DNA of 64,000 nucleotides from an uncultured virus (IMG/VR IMGVR_UViG_3300008952_000024) (IMGVR_UViG_3300008952_000024); one strand, 5' to 3'; shown: positions 30,548 to 39,695, counted from the first letter of the stretch. Translations and numbers: made by a program. The notes: generated from the sequence alone by a model not told the origin.

Positions 30548-30770
30548 AGGATCTCGGATCATAGGGGATCGGATCAAAATCATAGGATCTCGGATCTTTC
30601 ATATTTTGGATTTCAAAATCATAGGATCTCGGATCTCAAAATATCAGGATCTCAAAATCATAGGATCGGATCAAAATCATAGGATCGGATCAAAATCATA
30701 GGATCTCGGATTTTCAATATCTCGGATCTCGGGATCATAGGATCGGCCAAAATCGGATCGGATTTCGGTC
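30548..30770 (+). repeat. Iteron-like array of CAAAATCATAGGATC with dense GGATC
   Basis: 15-mer at 30575, 30614, 30653, 30672, 30691 (spacing 39, 39, 19, 19); about 18 GATC sites. Confidence 0.9.
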
Positions 30771-31255
30771 GGAAAAATTTTGTCCCGGTCATGGAAAATA
30801 TTGTCCCAACCTCCAAAATTCCTAGGATTCACATTAAGGGTACTAGTGGCACGGTCAAGGGAAAATCCACCCTTAAAGGATATTCTAGGGCCACTAGTGA
30901 CGAGGCAACCGGCCCAAAACCGAGGCTGCATAGGAATGAAGTTGTCCTCTTTTTCTGGGAGAAAATAAATAAGTTTAGCGCTTAATAAAAACGTTTACGT
31001 TTTTATTATTCATATTCCTAAATCCAGGCCCCAGCTCTCTTTTGGAAAACTTTTGAAGTTCTCTGTCGGACAAAATCCGAAGCGCTTACAAATTCACCGA
31101 AGGCGAGCGCTGAAAATAAATGACGATGAAAGAAAAAATATGCCGTCACGGTGAAGCTGTGCCCCGTGGCAGAGCGCTCGAGCGCTAACCAAGAAAACGA
31201 ATCCAGAAAAAGAACCTCGATTTAAGTTGGCTAACCAAATTTGAGCGGCCAGCTT

Positions 31256-31350
31256 TTTGGCCAAGTTTTGAGCTGGCGTTTGAAGTTTGCGTTTGTCGAG
31301 TGCGTGTGAGTGTCGCCGCGTGCGCCGCGCGTCGTGTTTGGCCAAGTTTT
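31256..31350. other. Candidate genome terminus / cos-like site
   Basis: 14-bp direct repeat TTTGGCCAAGTTTT (31256 and 31337) brackets a GC-rich core GTCGCCGCGTGCGCCGCGCGTCG in non-coding DNA; terminase is GpA-like. Confidence 0.3.
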
Positions 31351-31741
31351 AAGTGGAGTTTGTATTAAATTAAATTAATAATACTCAATACTATATATAA
31401 TATATAATACATTATAACTACATTATAGTAAGTTTTGAAAGTCTCTCACTCACCCCCATTAAAGTTGACACTCAACTCTGCTCATACCCTTACTTAAAGT
31501 GTATAGGTTTTTTAATTTTAAGTAATGGCACCGACAAATCATTTTAATTTTCACCCTACCCCTAACCACCAACAACCAGTCAAAACCTCACCACGGGGCC
31601 GTTAGGCGGCCGATACGGTACAAGTACGGGCACCCCACTCCTCCTACCCCCTCCTACCCCCTACCCTACCCTACTGGGTACGCCTCCGACCTATATACAG
31701 AATTTGTTATGGTTTTTAGCTTGGAGCGTATTGGATATTGA

Positions 31742-31753
31742 AACTAGGGGGGT
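31742..31753. promoter_or_regulatory. Dispersed motif AACTAGGGGGGT, copy 1 of 4
   Basis: Exact 12-mer also at 32025, 38268 and 50159. Confidence 0.6.
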
Positions 31754-32024
31754 ATAAAAGACAGGGTGTTGAGGGGAAGGCGACCATAATCACATTATCC
31801 GTGTGTACAGCGCGGTTAAAGTGAACAACATGGGCATGGTTGTCTATCCCCCCAACACTGTGGCCATACCCCCGTATAAAGATCCTATCGGCACACCCAA
31901 CCTTCTATTTAACGACAAACATCACTGTTAAAGAAAGCTGGTGGTCCGAATATATAGGTATAGGTATACATATACTCATTCAGGATTTTTTTTGAAAATC
32001 AAACCCCCGAAGTTCGAAAAACGA

Positions 32025-32036
32025 AACTAGGGGGGT
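32025..32036. promoter_or_regulatory. Dispersed motif AACTAGGGGGGT, copy 2
   Basis: Just downstream of the last early-gene stop (32065). Confidence 0.6.
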
Positions 32037-32064
32037 TAAAATAGGTGGTTATTCGAGGTTTAGT

Positions 32065-32562
32065 TTAGTATGGGTGCTCTTCACGGAAGTAATACGGAAT
32101 ACCTACACGTTCCCCCATTACTTGTATAGTTACATCAGTCTCTACTAGAAGTCCGTTGCAGCAAAGGTCACCGAGGTAATCTTCTACGATTTCCTCTAGG
32201 GTTTCGTATCCCTCAACGGTATCTTCGTTTATCCCACAAAGAAACTCAACCGCATCGTCGCGGTCAGACACAAGATCAGGCTCCTCCCGCTTTAGCAGGA
32301 TTACTAACCCTTCTACGATTTGATCTATATTCGCCATGTATTGGTGGTGGTACTTATCGACTCGGTAACCACCATTTACGACGGAGCCACCGCTATGGGC
32401 GTTAATGGTTTCCAACGCCGCACGAAATACTATTGTCCGTGCCAACAAATATGGGAGTCCAGAACCTCCCGGTTCAGCATCGACCTTCACACTATCTTTC
32501 CAGAGATTTTCCTGGGCATAGTTGAGGGTTCTATCTTGTAACGTTTGTACGGGTCTAGACAT
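32065..32562 (-). CDS. Hypothetical early protein
   Basis: N-terminus MSRPVQTLQDRTL is duplicated in the upstream gene. Confidence 0.65.
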   Translation of the reverse strand: MSRPVQTLQDRTLNYAQENLWKDSVKVDAEPGGSGLPYLLARTIVFRAALETINAHSGGSVVNGGYRVDKYHHQYMANIDQIVEGLVILLKREEPDLVSDRDDAVEFLCGINEDTVEGYETLEEIVEDYLGDLCCNGLLVETDVTIQVMGERVGIPYYFREEHPY

Positions 32563-32989
32563 ATTGGTTTCCCCACCACTGACGAATCATCTTTGCATCT
32601 TGAGGAGTTACTGTTTCTCCTGAAATGCTGGAAGAGTTCCCTTCGTGCAGAAAATAGTCTGGGATTATTGGTCCCGATGTTAGTTGGTGTTTTATGCAGA
32701 AGCGACACAGGGTAATGTAGTCCACTGTCCCGTAAGCGTCGTACTGCCGCCTTATCTCAAGTGCATCCGGCAACCCCGTAAGTTGTCGGATACCTTCAAT
32801 GTCATCGACCGCCGCATTGGTTACCCTTTTCGGGTGGAGGTAATGCGATCTATAAGGCTCATTTAGTTCCAACGCTTTCTGTACGTTGGAAAGAATAAAG
32901 TACTCCATAGGGTCTATCCTGTACTTTATCTCCTGAACGTACTCTTCAACGAGGGTTCTATCTTGTAACGTTTGTACTGCTCTAGACAT
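32555..32989 (-). CDS. Hypothetical early protein
   Basis: Start MSRAVQTLQDRTL at 32989 after GGGAGG. Confidence 0.65.
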   Translation of the reverse strand: MSRAVQTLQDRTLVEEYVQEIKYRIDPMEYFILSNVQKALELNEPYRSHYLHPKRVTNAAVDDIEGIRQLTGLPDALEIRRQYDAYGTVDYITLCRFCIKHQLTSGPIIPDYFLHEGNSSSISGETVTPQDAKMIRQWWGNQYV

Positions 32990-32990
32990 A

Positions 32991-33689
32991 TCATCCTCCC
33001 ACAAATGAGTGGCTACCAACCACAAAAGCGTTCATGAATCCCTTATCGTTACGCCAATCTTTATGGACTTGATTAATAGCCCATTGTAAGTCATGCATCC
33101 CACCCCATGACTGGGTTACCGTCATCAGAAACAGTAGGCCATTGGCCCGTTGTCGGCTGACGCGGCCGTCAAGTGGGAGCATCGTCATCTTCTTCAAAAA
33201 GTAGTGGTGTAGGTTTTCGCAGTTATTTTTCTGGATATAGCCGTCTGGACCCACCTCGAAAGTGAATCCATCCAAGGGATTCAGTCGGCGACAGGACGGG
33301 ACATGCTCTCCGTGGAAGGCCATATCATAGACTTCCCAATTTCGTAGTACTTCTGGTTGTAGCGACATAGTAGTCGCAATATAAACTTCACGAAGTAGCC
33401 GTGGTCGTAAATCGGGTAGCATAAAAGTCTTTATACAATCCGCCTCATAACCATATCCGTTACGTCGGATCTCCCCAACTAACCCCATAAGAACCTGCCA
33501 TTCCGCATCTGCTGGTTCTAGGTCGTTAGAAATTACCCGGTATAGCGCAGACACAAGGTGTACCGTTTTATACTCTGGGTAGTAATGCATTACCTTATCG
33601 GCGCCCGACAAGGTAAAGTGGTCGGAGTTCATAACTAACTCCAAACTGTTTGCGGCCATTACGAACCGTGTGGTTTCCATATCCATCAT
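32991..33689 (-). CDS. Hypothetical protein
   Basis: 232 aa, AAGGAAGG RBS. Confidence 0.65.
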   Translation of the reverse strand: MMDMETTRFVMAANSLELVMNSDHFTLSGADKVMHYYPEYKTVHLVSALYRVISNDLEPADAEWQVLMGLVGEIRRNGYGYEADCIKTFMLPDLRPRLLREVYIATTMSLQPEVLRNWEVYDMAFHGEHVPSCRRLNPLDGFTFEVGPDGYIQKNNCENLHHYFLKKMTMLPLDGRVSRQRANGLLFLMTVTQSWGGMHDLQWAINQVHKDWRNDKGFMNAFVVGSHSFVGG

Positions 33690-33757
33690 ATTCCTTCCTT
33701 TAAGTGCCTAAATGCACATTATTCGACACCCATCTCTGGGTGCCGAATCAAGTGGAC

Positions 33758-33985
33758 TTACGCCTTCTGCTGACTCCAGAATCGGTTGTTGTGGAATACC
33801 ACACACACACCGAGGAGCCGTTCCCAAAGCCCGAACAGCATCACCATATGATGTGGCTGCACGGGGTGTCCCGCTTCCGCCAGCTCCCTATAGATACGGG
33901 ATTCATCCCCATCTAGATAGGCTCCTGTACGTTGGTGACTAAACAGGCGGGTAACCGCCGCATCAATTTCTTGTTGTGTCATCAT
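33758..33985 (-). CDS. Hypothetical protein
   Basis: Likely start MMTQQEID after GGGAG. Confidence 0.45.
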   Translation of the reverse strand: MMTQQEIDAAVTRLFSHQRTGAYLDGDESRIYRELAEAGHPVQPHHMVMLFGLWERLLGVCVVFHNNRFWSQQKA

Positions 33986-34304
33986 TTCTCCCGTCACAGT
34001 CATAGTTCCATAATGGAGCTTTGTAATAAGCAAGGGTGTCATTACCCCATGCACACGAGGCCGCAGCAGCGGCACACTCGAGTCGAATCTCATTTTCCTC
34101 ATCGCCGTCAGGAAACTTATTGATCCGACGATAATAATCATATCCAGCATTCTCGCAAAGGTTCACGAGGTTCTTATACTGGGATTCGCGGCCCATCTGG
34201 TCGATGGCATCCGGCATTTTGTATATGATAAAGGCCACGCCAATTACCAACACAACCCACGATTTGCTTTGGAAAAACAATCCGATTCGGTCTATACGCC
34301 TCAT
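33963..34304 (-). CDS. Membrane-anchored protein
   Basis: N-terminal TM WVVLVIGVAFII; ATGA coupling. Confidence 0.55.
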   Translation of the reverse strand: MRRIDRIGLFFQSKSWVVLVIGVAFIIYKMPDAIDQMGRESQYKNLVNLCENAGYDYYRRINKFPDGDEENEIRLECAAAAASCAWGNDTLAYYKAPLWNYDCDGRNDDTTRN

Positions 34305-34678
34305 GACACCCCCAAATCATTTTGGTATGCCATCCAAACGTGTTCAGTAAGGAAACCTTCTGTGTAGAAGTGGCTCACCAGAGGAGCGGTGAAGGCCAGA
34401 TCCTCTATGTTTTTGGCATGATTCGCCAAACTTCCTGGATATATCCGAAGCACATCTCCAGATATTGTTGGGTCACTAGAAAGTTCAAGTCGGGCTTCAA
34501 CTGAAGCAAGACCCTTTGGGGTTAGCCATGCTGGTTCAACAACCAGAAGCCACTGGTGGCCATCGCAGTCATTGGCACGGAGTAAACAAACCTCTTGGAT
34601 TAGTCTAGTCATTTCATTCCTCACAGTTACATTCTTCATTTCATTCCTCACAGTTACGTTACTCATTTTCTTCCTCAC
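34301..34678 (-). CDS. Hypothetical protein with repeated N-terminus
   Basis: MSNVTVRNEMKNVTVRNEMT arises from a 27-bp tandem repeat. Confidence 0.6.
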   Translation of the reverse strand: MRKKMSNVTVRNEMKNVTVRNEMTRLIQEVCLLRANDCDGHQWLLVVEPAWLTPKGLASVEARLELSSDPTISGDVLRIYPGSLANHAKNIEDLAFTAPLVSHFYTEGFLTEHVWMAYQNDLGVS

Positions 34679-34683
34679 AGTTA
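34609..34683 (-). repeat. Three 27-bp tandem units, each with RBS plus ATG
   Basis: TAACTGTGAGGAA(G/T)...AAATGA units at 34609, 34636 and 34663. Confidence 0.85.
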
Positions 34684-35111
34684 GGGCATGGTCGATATGT
34701 AGTTTCGACCATATGGGTTTCGCACAGGGTCAACCCCGCACGATCCGCAATCTCAAACAACACTAATTGGCACAACGCCAGATCATTCTCGGTTTCCATC
34801 TGCTTTAGCCACTTCTCATCAGATAAGAGCTGGTCCTTTACTTCCGACAACTCCGTATCGAACTTATCTGCAATATAATATTCCAAATAATGGAAGTAAC
34901 CTTTTTCGATTATATCGTTCCGTACCGACTCTGGCCGATCAATGAACTCTATCGAAGGGTCTATTTCATAATCAATATCGTAATGTTTTGGATAGGCTTC
35001 GACCGATTCGAAACACGGCCAAAAAATATCCCACTGCTGTTTATGGGATAATTTCTTACCCCGTTCAACAATGGAAAGCGCTCGTTTCATAACTTCCTCT
35101 TTAGACATCAT
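34659..35111 (-). CDS. Hypothetical protein with C-terminal Cys motif
   Basis: 150 aa, CETH...CPNC. Confidence 0.6.
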   Translation of the reverse strand: MMSKEEVMKRALSIVERGKKLSHKQQWDIFWPCFESVEAYPKHYDIDYEIDPSIEFIDRPESVRNDIIEKGYFHYLEYYIADKFDTELSEVKDQLLSDEKWLKQMETENDLALCQLVLFEIADRAGLTLCETHMVETTYRPCPNCEEENE

Positions 35112-35656
35112 GCCTCCAATGAAAGTAGGATTTGCAACAACTCACGACAATATTCTTTATCAATGTGCCATCGATCCATATCCACTTCATTTTGGATAAA
35201 ATCAGAATGACTATTTCTGATCCGCATAAGCTCCGCCCCCACCACATGGGCGTAGGGATTAACCATTTCAGCTTCTGCAAGACTGATAGGACTCTTTAGA
35301 TCCGGTGTGATTTTATCATAACCGTGGTGGTTCCACGCGCTGATGAAGCTCTCCAGCATGGCGATGCCTTCGGTATCGAACCCCATATCGCCAAGGTTAT
35401 CATGCATCGCCCAAAATGATTCTTCGCAGAACTCCTCTAGGGACTTACTGCTCGGTCCTGGGCACGTTTCGTCCTCACACTGGCCGCCGCGAATATCATC
35501 GGCATCCGTTAAGCCGACCTTTAGGTCAGCAGAGCATACGATACATTTATGCCGATAGGATTCCATATAACCATCGAGGACGTATGCCTTGGCCGCGACA
35601 GGTAAATCCTCATAAATACGTGATATTACTTCATCTATTCCAAATAGGTTACTCAT
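35108..35656 (-). CDS. Hypothetical protein with CxxC motif
   Basis: 182 aa, AAGGGAAG RBS. Confidence 0.6.
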   Translation of the reverse strand: MSNLFGIDEVISRIYEDLPVAAKAYVLDGYMESYRHKCIVCSADLKVGLTDADDIRGGQCEDETCPGPSSKSLEEFCEESFWAMHDNLGDMGFDTEGIAMLESFISAWNHHGYDKITPDLKSPISLAEAEMVNPYAHVVGAELMRIRNSHSDFIQNEVDMDRWHIDKEYCRELLQILLSLEA

Positions 35657-35731
35657 GTTTTCTTCCCTTATCCCGCGTTAATTGCGGATAATAACCCGTA
35701 ACCTTATTCGGTTACGAGTTACTAACCATAA

Positions 35732-35998
35732 TTAAATCGATCCTATGGCATCCATTGCAAGTTCCTGACTTATAGGCGGCAAGCTCCAGAGGAGCGCTGC
35801 AAATTTGAATTGGCTTTCAACCTGCGCCGTCCGTAGGTTGGAATAAAATTCCTCTTGGGCCTCTTGGTCGTGGTTAAACCAATATTCATCGGATGGATCT
35901 CGGTCATCATACCAAGCATCCAAGTCTACGAAATTCACAAATCCTTCCAGAACCTTTGGCTCTGGTGGGAGTTCCATTAAAAAACTACTACGCATCAC
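35732..35998 (-). CDS. Hypothetical protein
   Basis: 88 aa, GGAGG RBS. Confidence 0.55.
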   Translation of the reverse strand: MMRSSFLMELPPEPKVLEGFVNFVDLDAWYDDRDPSDEYWFNHDQEAQEEFYSNLRTAQVESQFKFAALLWSLPPISQELAMDAIGSI

Positions 35999-36134
35999 TC
36001 ACCTCCGATTTATTCACCCAACGGCGAATCATCCCCTCATAGGGATGGTAATATTCAATACGGATTCGCTCCGTACCAACTTCCAAAATATGCCCTCGGC
36101 GGTTGCCGAACATTACTGCATCACCACGCTTCAT
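35988..36134 (-). CDS. Small beta-rich (SH3-like) protein
   Basis: MKRGDAVMFGNRRGHILEVG; ATGA overlap at 36131-36134. Confidence 0.5.
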   Translation of the reverse strand: MKRGDAVMFGNRRGHILEVGTERIRIEYYHPYEGMIRRWVNKSEVSDA

Positions 36135-36766
36135 CGCTGGCTCCCAATGATCCGCACTGCGGTTTCCATATCTGTTGGGGTGGTTCCATGTGGAACCAAC
36201 ACCATTCGGGAGTCCCGATGGCGGTCGGTATTCCAAGTCACCGGTTCGAGGAGCCAAAAGGCACCATGAATCATCTCGGTTTGGTAGTTGTCATCATCAA
36301 CAATCACTGAAAATTCTGTGGTTTTCAGTTCATCTTGGATCTCTGGGAGACATATATGGGCCAATTCACATACGGCCCAATTAATCGTTTCCTCATAGGA
36401 ATTGAAGAGGTAATAATGGCCGTAGGCATTATCATACTCATCCAAATTACTATAATACTCATAAACGTCTGCCATCAGTTCCGCTACGAACCCTTGGATT
36501 GCCAGAGCTTCGGTTGGCGGGCAGTTGCCGTTCATCACGGCTACGAGGGTACGGGACACCAAGTCCCATTCGGCCTTCTCAAGATCATCTCCCTCCACCT
36601 TGTGGAGCAGGATGGAGGCGAGAACTCCTGGCCCCCACAGTTCTCGGACGGTATGGCCGTGGCTGCTTTCGGCTAAATATTCTTCGAGGATAACCCCCGA
36701 AATTTCAACACCTTTCTTCGTGGCTCGGCCACCAAAAGAGTACATACGGTTCTCAAAATGTTTCAT
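36131..36766 (-). CDS. Hypothetical protein
   Basis: Start MKHFENR downstream of the sigma70 promoter at 36832-36860. Confidence 0.6.
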   Translation of the reverse strand: MKHFENRMYSFGGRATKKGVEISGVILEEYLAESSHGHTVRELWGPGVLASILLHKVEGDDLEKAEWDLVSRTLVAVMNGNCPPTEALAIQGFVAELMADVYEYYSNLDEYDNAYGHYYLFNSYEETINWAVCELAHICLPEIQDELKTTEFSVIVDDDNYQTEMIHGAFWLLEPVTWNTDRHRDSRMVLVPHGTTPTDMETAVRIIGSQR

Positions 36767-36831
36767 TTTTTCATTCCTATTCTCATGTGGGTTCAACGTG
36801 GGTTTCAACTTATCTTCCAACTTAACACCCT

Positions 36832-36860
36832 ATTTTACCATATAAAAACCAGTGGGTCAA
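36832..36860 (-). promoter_or_regulatory. Sigma70-type promoter
   Basis: TTGACC-17 nt-TAAAAT with extended TG. Confidence 0.7.
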
Positions 36861-36980
36861 CCCCATAATTTCATAATACACTAGTTTTAACCCGGTTTTT
36901 CACCGACAGGCACACGTCTACCCTCCCTTTTACCCGATATGGTGGGGTTCAAGGCGAAGGAAAATTATGGTAGTTTATTA

Positions 36981-37217
36981 CTAATGAATAAGAAAAACGC
37001 CGAAGATACAATTATCATATTGTAAATCCAGGTTAATGTTCTCATTTATTATACAGGAGCCACGGTCGGATTCTTCCGATTCAATTTCGGTAGGCCAGCT
37101 CTGGCTTTCACTATTTTCGATTTGAATTGGAATTTGTGATCGCTCGATCTGGGATCTTGAGCGCTCACTACGGTTGCGCTGGTCGATAATAAATGGCGAT
37201 GGCATTTCCCTATTCAT
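36981..37217 (-). CDS. Hypothetical protein
   Basis: 78-aa ORF in the gene row. Confidence 0.4.
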   Translation of the reverse strand: MNREMPSPFIIDQRNRSERSRSQIERSQIPIQIENSESQSWPTEIESEESDRGSCIINENINLDLQYDNCIFGVFLIH

Positions 37218-37220
37218 GAA

Positions 37221-37403
37221 TCAAGATCCTTGTGGATATTCTAGTACATTTTGTTCGTCAGCCTCATCATTTTCTTCTTCCAGTAGCCACTCCAACGCTC
37301 TGATTGGGAAGAATACTACGGAAGCTCCTATAAATCCGCCAACAGCACCGATTACTGTTCCAATTATTAAAAGCATGAATACAAATGACTCTATCATTTT
37401 CAC
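37221..37403 (-). CDS. Small membrane protein
   Basis: Hydrophobic N-terminal half, acidic tail. Confidence 0.45.
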   Translation of the reverse strand: MKMIESFVFMLLIIGTVIGAVGGFIGASVVFFPIRALEWLLEEENDEADEQNVLEYPQGS

Positions 37404-37514
37404 TCCAGTTGTTTTTAGTTTAAGTTTATGATTTCATAAAAAGAATAAAGAATACGACTCATAAGGGCACGTTTGCCGTTTGTTTGGGGAAGTTTTGTTT
37501 GTTTGTTTCTTTTT

Positions 37515-38300
37515 TCATTGTTTTGCTTTTTCCCAAACAATTCCAATTTCTGCCAAGCCAGTTGAGTGATGATGTTTTTCCCATCGTCTTTGTTTGGATT
37601 TTGAATTGTCTGGATCAAAACCAAACGCCCTTAACTGCCTTTCTAGCTCTGCTCTGGCTTCTGGGGTATCGTCAGTCAATCTCCCATCATTGAACCCCCA
37701 CGGAAACTTAAAACCCGGTTCAAGACACCATAGGTGGTATTGGTTTGCTGTATCAGCCAGTCTGTCTTCCGCAGGAAATAGCTCACAGGCTTCCGCCATA
37801 GTACCGCACAGCTCATTCTTAATCCTCTGAAGGTCACGCCAATCTCTTATTGGCTCCCTATCATGTCGCTTTATACTCAAATGAGCCATGCGCGGCACAT
37901 CAGGGCTAGTCGGTTCTGGAAAGTATACCATCACCTGATAGCGGCTATTTACCCAAACGTATTTGGTATCTACACCAGCTATACCCGTAACCTTTATTTG
38001 GTCAGCCTCACTAAACAGAGTCCAGTCGGGATCTGGCAGCGGTCTGTCTATCTTACCCTTACCAATAATTAGATGATACTCCTCACCCTGCGACGTAATG
38101 ATAAGTTCGCACTCACTATTACTAAACCGCAGCTGGCGGCAGTTATCATTAAACGCATCTACGAGGAACTCCCCCATAAGAAAAGCAGCCGGGAACACAT
38201 CCTCGAGTGTTCCCGGCTTTTGTCCAGAATTTTGTCTGGATTTTGTATGGGCCTCCCCCCCATTATGAACTAGGGGGGTATTTTTTCGCCTAGCCATCAC
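37515..38300 (-). CDS. Conserved phage protein
   Basis: HLSIKRHDREPIRDWRDLQRIKNELCG...ELFPAEDRLADTANQYHLW, a motif I recognise from small phage proteins of unknown function. Confidence 0.7.
   Translation of the reverse strand: MMARRKNTPLVHNGGEAHTKSRQNSGQKPGTLEDVFPAAFLMGEFLVDAFNDNCRQLRFSNSECELIITSQGEEYHLIIGKGKIDRPLPDPDWTLFSEADQIKVTGIAGVDTKYVWVNSRYQVMVYFPEPTSPDVPRMAHLSIKRHDREPIRDWRDLQRIKNELCGTMAEACELFPAEDRLADTANQYHLWCLEPGFKFPWGFNDGRLTDDTPEARAELERQLRAFGFDPDNSKSKQRRWEKHHHSTGLAEIGIVWEKAKQ
38268..38279. promoter_or_regulatory. Dispersed motif AACTAGGGGGGT, copy 3
   Basis: Exact match, inside the 5' end of 37515..38300. Confidence 0.5.
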
Positions 38301-38869
38301 TCCCCTCCAACAAATAAATCGACAGTCCAGTGCTTCAGATTCCTGATTGATACAATCTTGAACCGAAATGTAGTTCCAATAAACCGATTTGGAACACTAC
38401 CTGGATACCAAGAAGGAACAAAATCAGACGGGAAACCATCGGTGTCAATACAGATATGGGTTCCATCACGATGGGGAAGCCATATAACCTCACTTCCAAC
38501 CCCGAAGTTGTCTTCAACTCCGTGGATAACCATAGCATCATGGTACAAATCACCATGATAGCTTTCTACACCCTTTGCAAGTTTTACCATTATACCAAAC
38601 AGACTATTGGCATAGCATCGAGCCGATGGCATATTGGATATGTAAACCGGCTCCATGACCTCTTCGAATAGCTTTCCATCCGAAAACGCTCTCGCATGGG
38701 CTTCTTTATTAAGCTCGTAGTCTAACGCCGCACACGCTAAATTTGCTTCGTTACCCATCCAAAACACAACAGCACCACCGCATGTATAGCTACATGATGA
38801 ATCGCTATTTACAATCGGTTGTCCTGATGTCAGGGCGTCCCGCCAATATATATTTTTACTCGTACTCAT
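38297..38869 (-). CDS. Hypothetical protein
   Basis: Start MSTSKNIYW after AGGAGG. Confidence 0.6.
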   Translation of the reverse strand: MSTSKNIYWRDALTSGQPIVNSDSSCSYTCGGAVVFWMGNEANLACAALDYELNKEAHARAFSDGKLFEEVMEPVYISNMPSARCYANSLFGIMVKLAKGVESYHGDLYHDAMVIHGVEDNFGVGSEVIWLPHRDGTHICIDTDGFPSDFVPSWYPGSVPNRFIGTTFRFKIVSIRNLKHWTVDLFVGGE

Positions 38870-38879
38870 TTTCTTCCTC

Positions 38880-39242
38880 CTACTTCCAGAAAAGAGCCAC
38901 AGCTTGTGGCCCAAAGTTTTCAGCAATCAAATCTTCCTGTCTTCCGCATCGTCTACAAATTCGCTTACCAGTGCGGCTATAAACATGATCTGTCATGAAC
39001 CCCATCTTCTCATGTTCAAAACATTTCTTATGTTCACAGACATAAAGCACTTCCTTTACTCGTCCCACACCGCCGCATCGGAGCTTCACCTTAATACCGT
39101 GCGGATGGGACTCGGCTTTCGTCCAAATTTCGGAAACCACGCCCATATCATCTTCATGTTTGCGGTGATCATGTATGACAACATGTGCTCCAACCAGAAT
39201 CTCGCTTCGCTTTGGATATTTACTCATCACGCCCCCAATCAA
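38880..39242 (-). CDS. YwbE-like protein with C-terminal Cys/His extension
   Basis: GVVSEIWTKAESHPHGIKVKLRCGGVGRVKEV matches the YwbE HPHGIKV...GRV motif. Confidence 0.7.
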   Translation of the reverse strand: MIGGVMSKYPKRSEILVGAHVVIHDHRKHEDDMGVVSEIWTKAESHPHGIKVKLRCGGVGRVKEVLYVCEHKKCFEHEKMGFMTDHVYSRTGKRICRRCGRQEDLIAENFGPQAVALFWK

Positions 39243-39655
39243 TATTCCAAGAGGTCAATCATTGCAGAAAGCTGGTGCAGCACCGGGAGATCCCTAACCG
39301 CACAGTGGGCGGTGCTTGGCATAGTTGCTTCCTCATCCCCGATGATGGCACGCCAATCCTCTACATCTGTTCCGTCATCACATAGTATTTGCGACAGGAT
39401 CGTCATCGAAAATAGCGCTCTTACGGTAATATGAACACGCTTAAACCCCACACGACTGGTGTTGGTGATCCAACCAAGGAAGGTTGTCGAACACTCCTTG
39501 GGGATTGTACGATTATCAAACAACGAAGTAGCCAGCTCCTTATAGGGGGCGTACTGCTCAAGGTGGTCATCCGAAATCTCTTCCGCCACCAGTTCCGCCA
39601 TCGCTACGATAAACGTAACGGGAAGCCAAATAGTTAATCTTGTAGTTCCAGTCAT
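39239..39655 (-). CDS. Hypothetical protein
   Basis: Start MTGTTRL after GGAGG. Confidence 0.55.
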   Translation of the reverse strand: MTGTTRLTIWLPVTFIVAMAELVAEEISDDHLEQYAPYKELATSLFDNRTIPKECSTTFLGWITNTSRVGFKRVHITVRALFSMTILSQILCDDGTDVEDWRAIIGDEEATMPSTAHCAVRDLPVLHQLSAMIDLLEY

Positions 39656-39695
39656 TTTTCCTCCAAATTGTAAGAACTTCTTTACCTTACACTCC

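Larger units (their letters stand above)
28896..30781 (+). other. Island in which plus-strand G occurs almost only in runs of two or more
   Basis: Line-by-line reading found isolated G only at 30189 and 30287; none between 28896 and 30188. Confidence 0.92.

Noticed and set aside
30548..30770. Possible CRISPR array
   Set aside because: Units are 15-19 bp, partly abutting, without unique spacers of constant length; no cas genes.
28896..30781. Island as ordinary restriction-site avoidance or a sequencing artefact
   Set aside because: The bias is strand-asymmetric and GATC, CCGG and GGCC remain common; an intact ORF with RBS, hairpins and a shared motif argues against an artefact, though reads should still be checked.
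28088..30985. Short ORFs 28088..28288, 28672..28914, 30677..30931, 30780..30968 and 30791..30985
   Set aside because: They translate repeat or biased DNA, and the GG rule itself removes plus-strand TGA stops; no convincing RBS or motifs.
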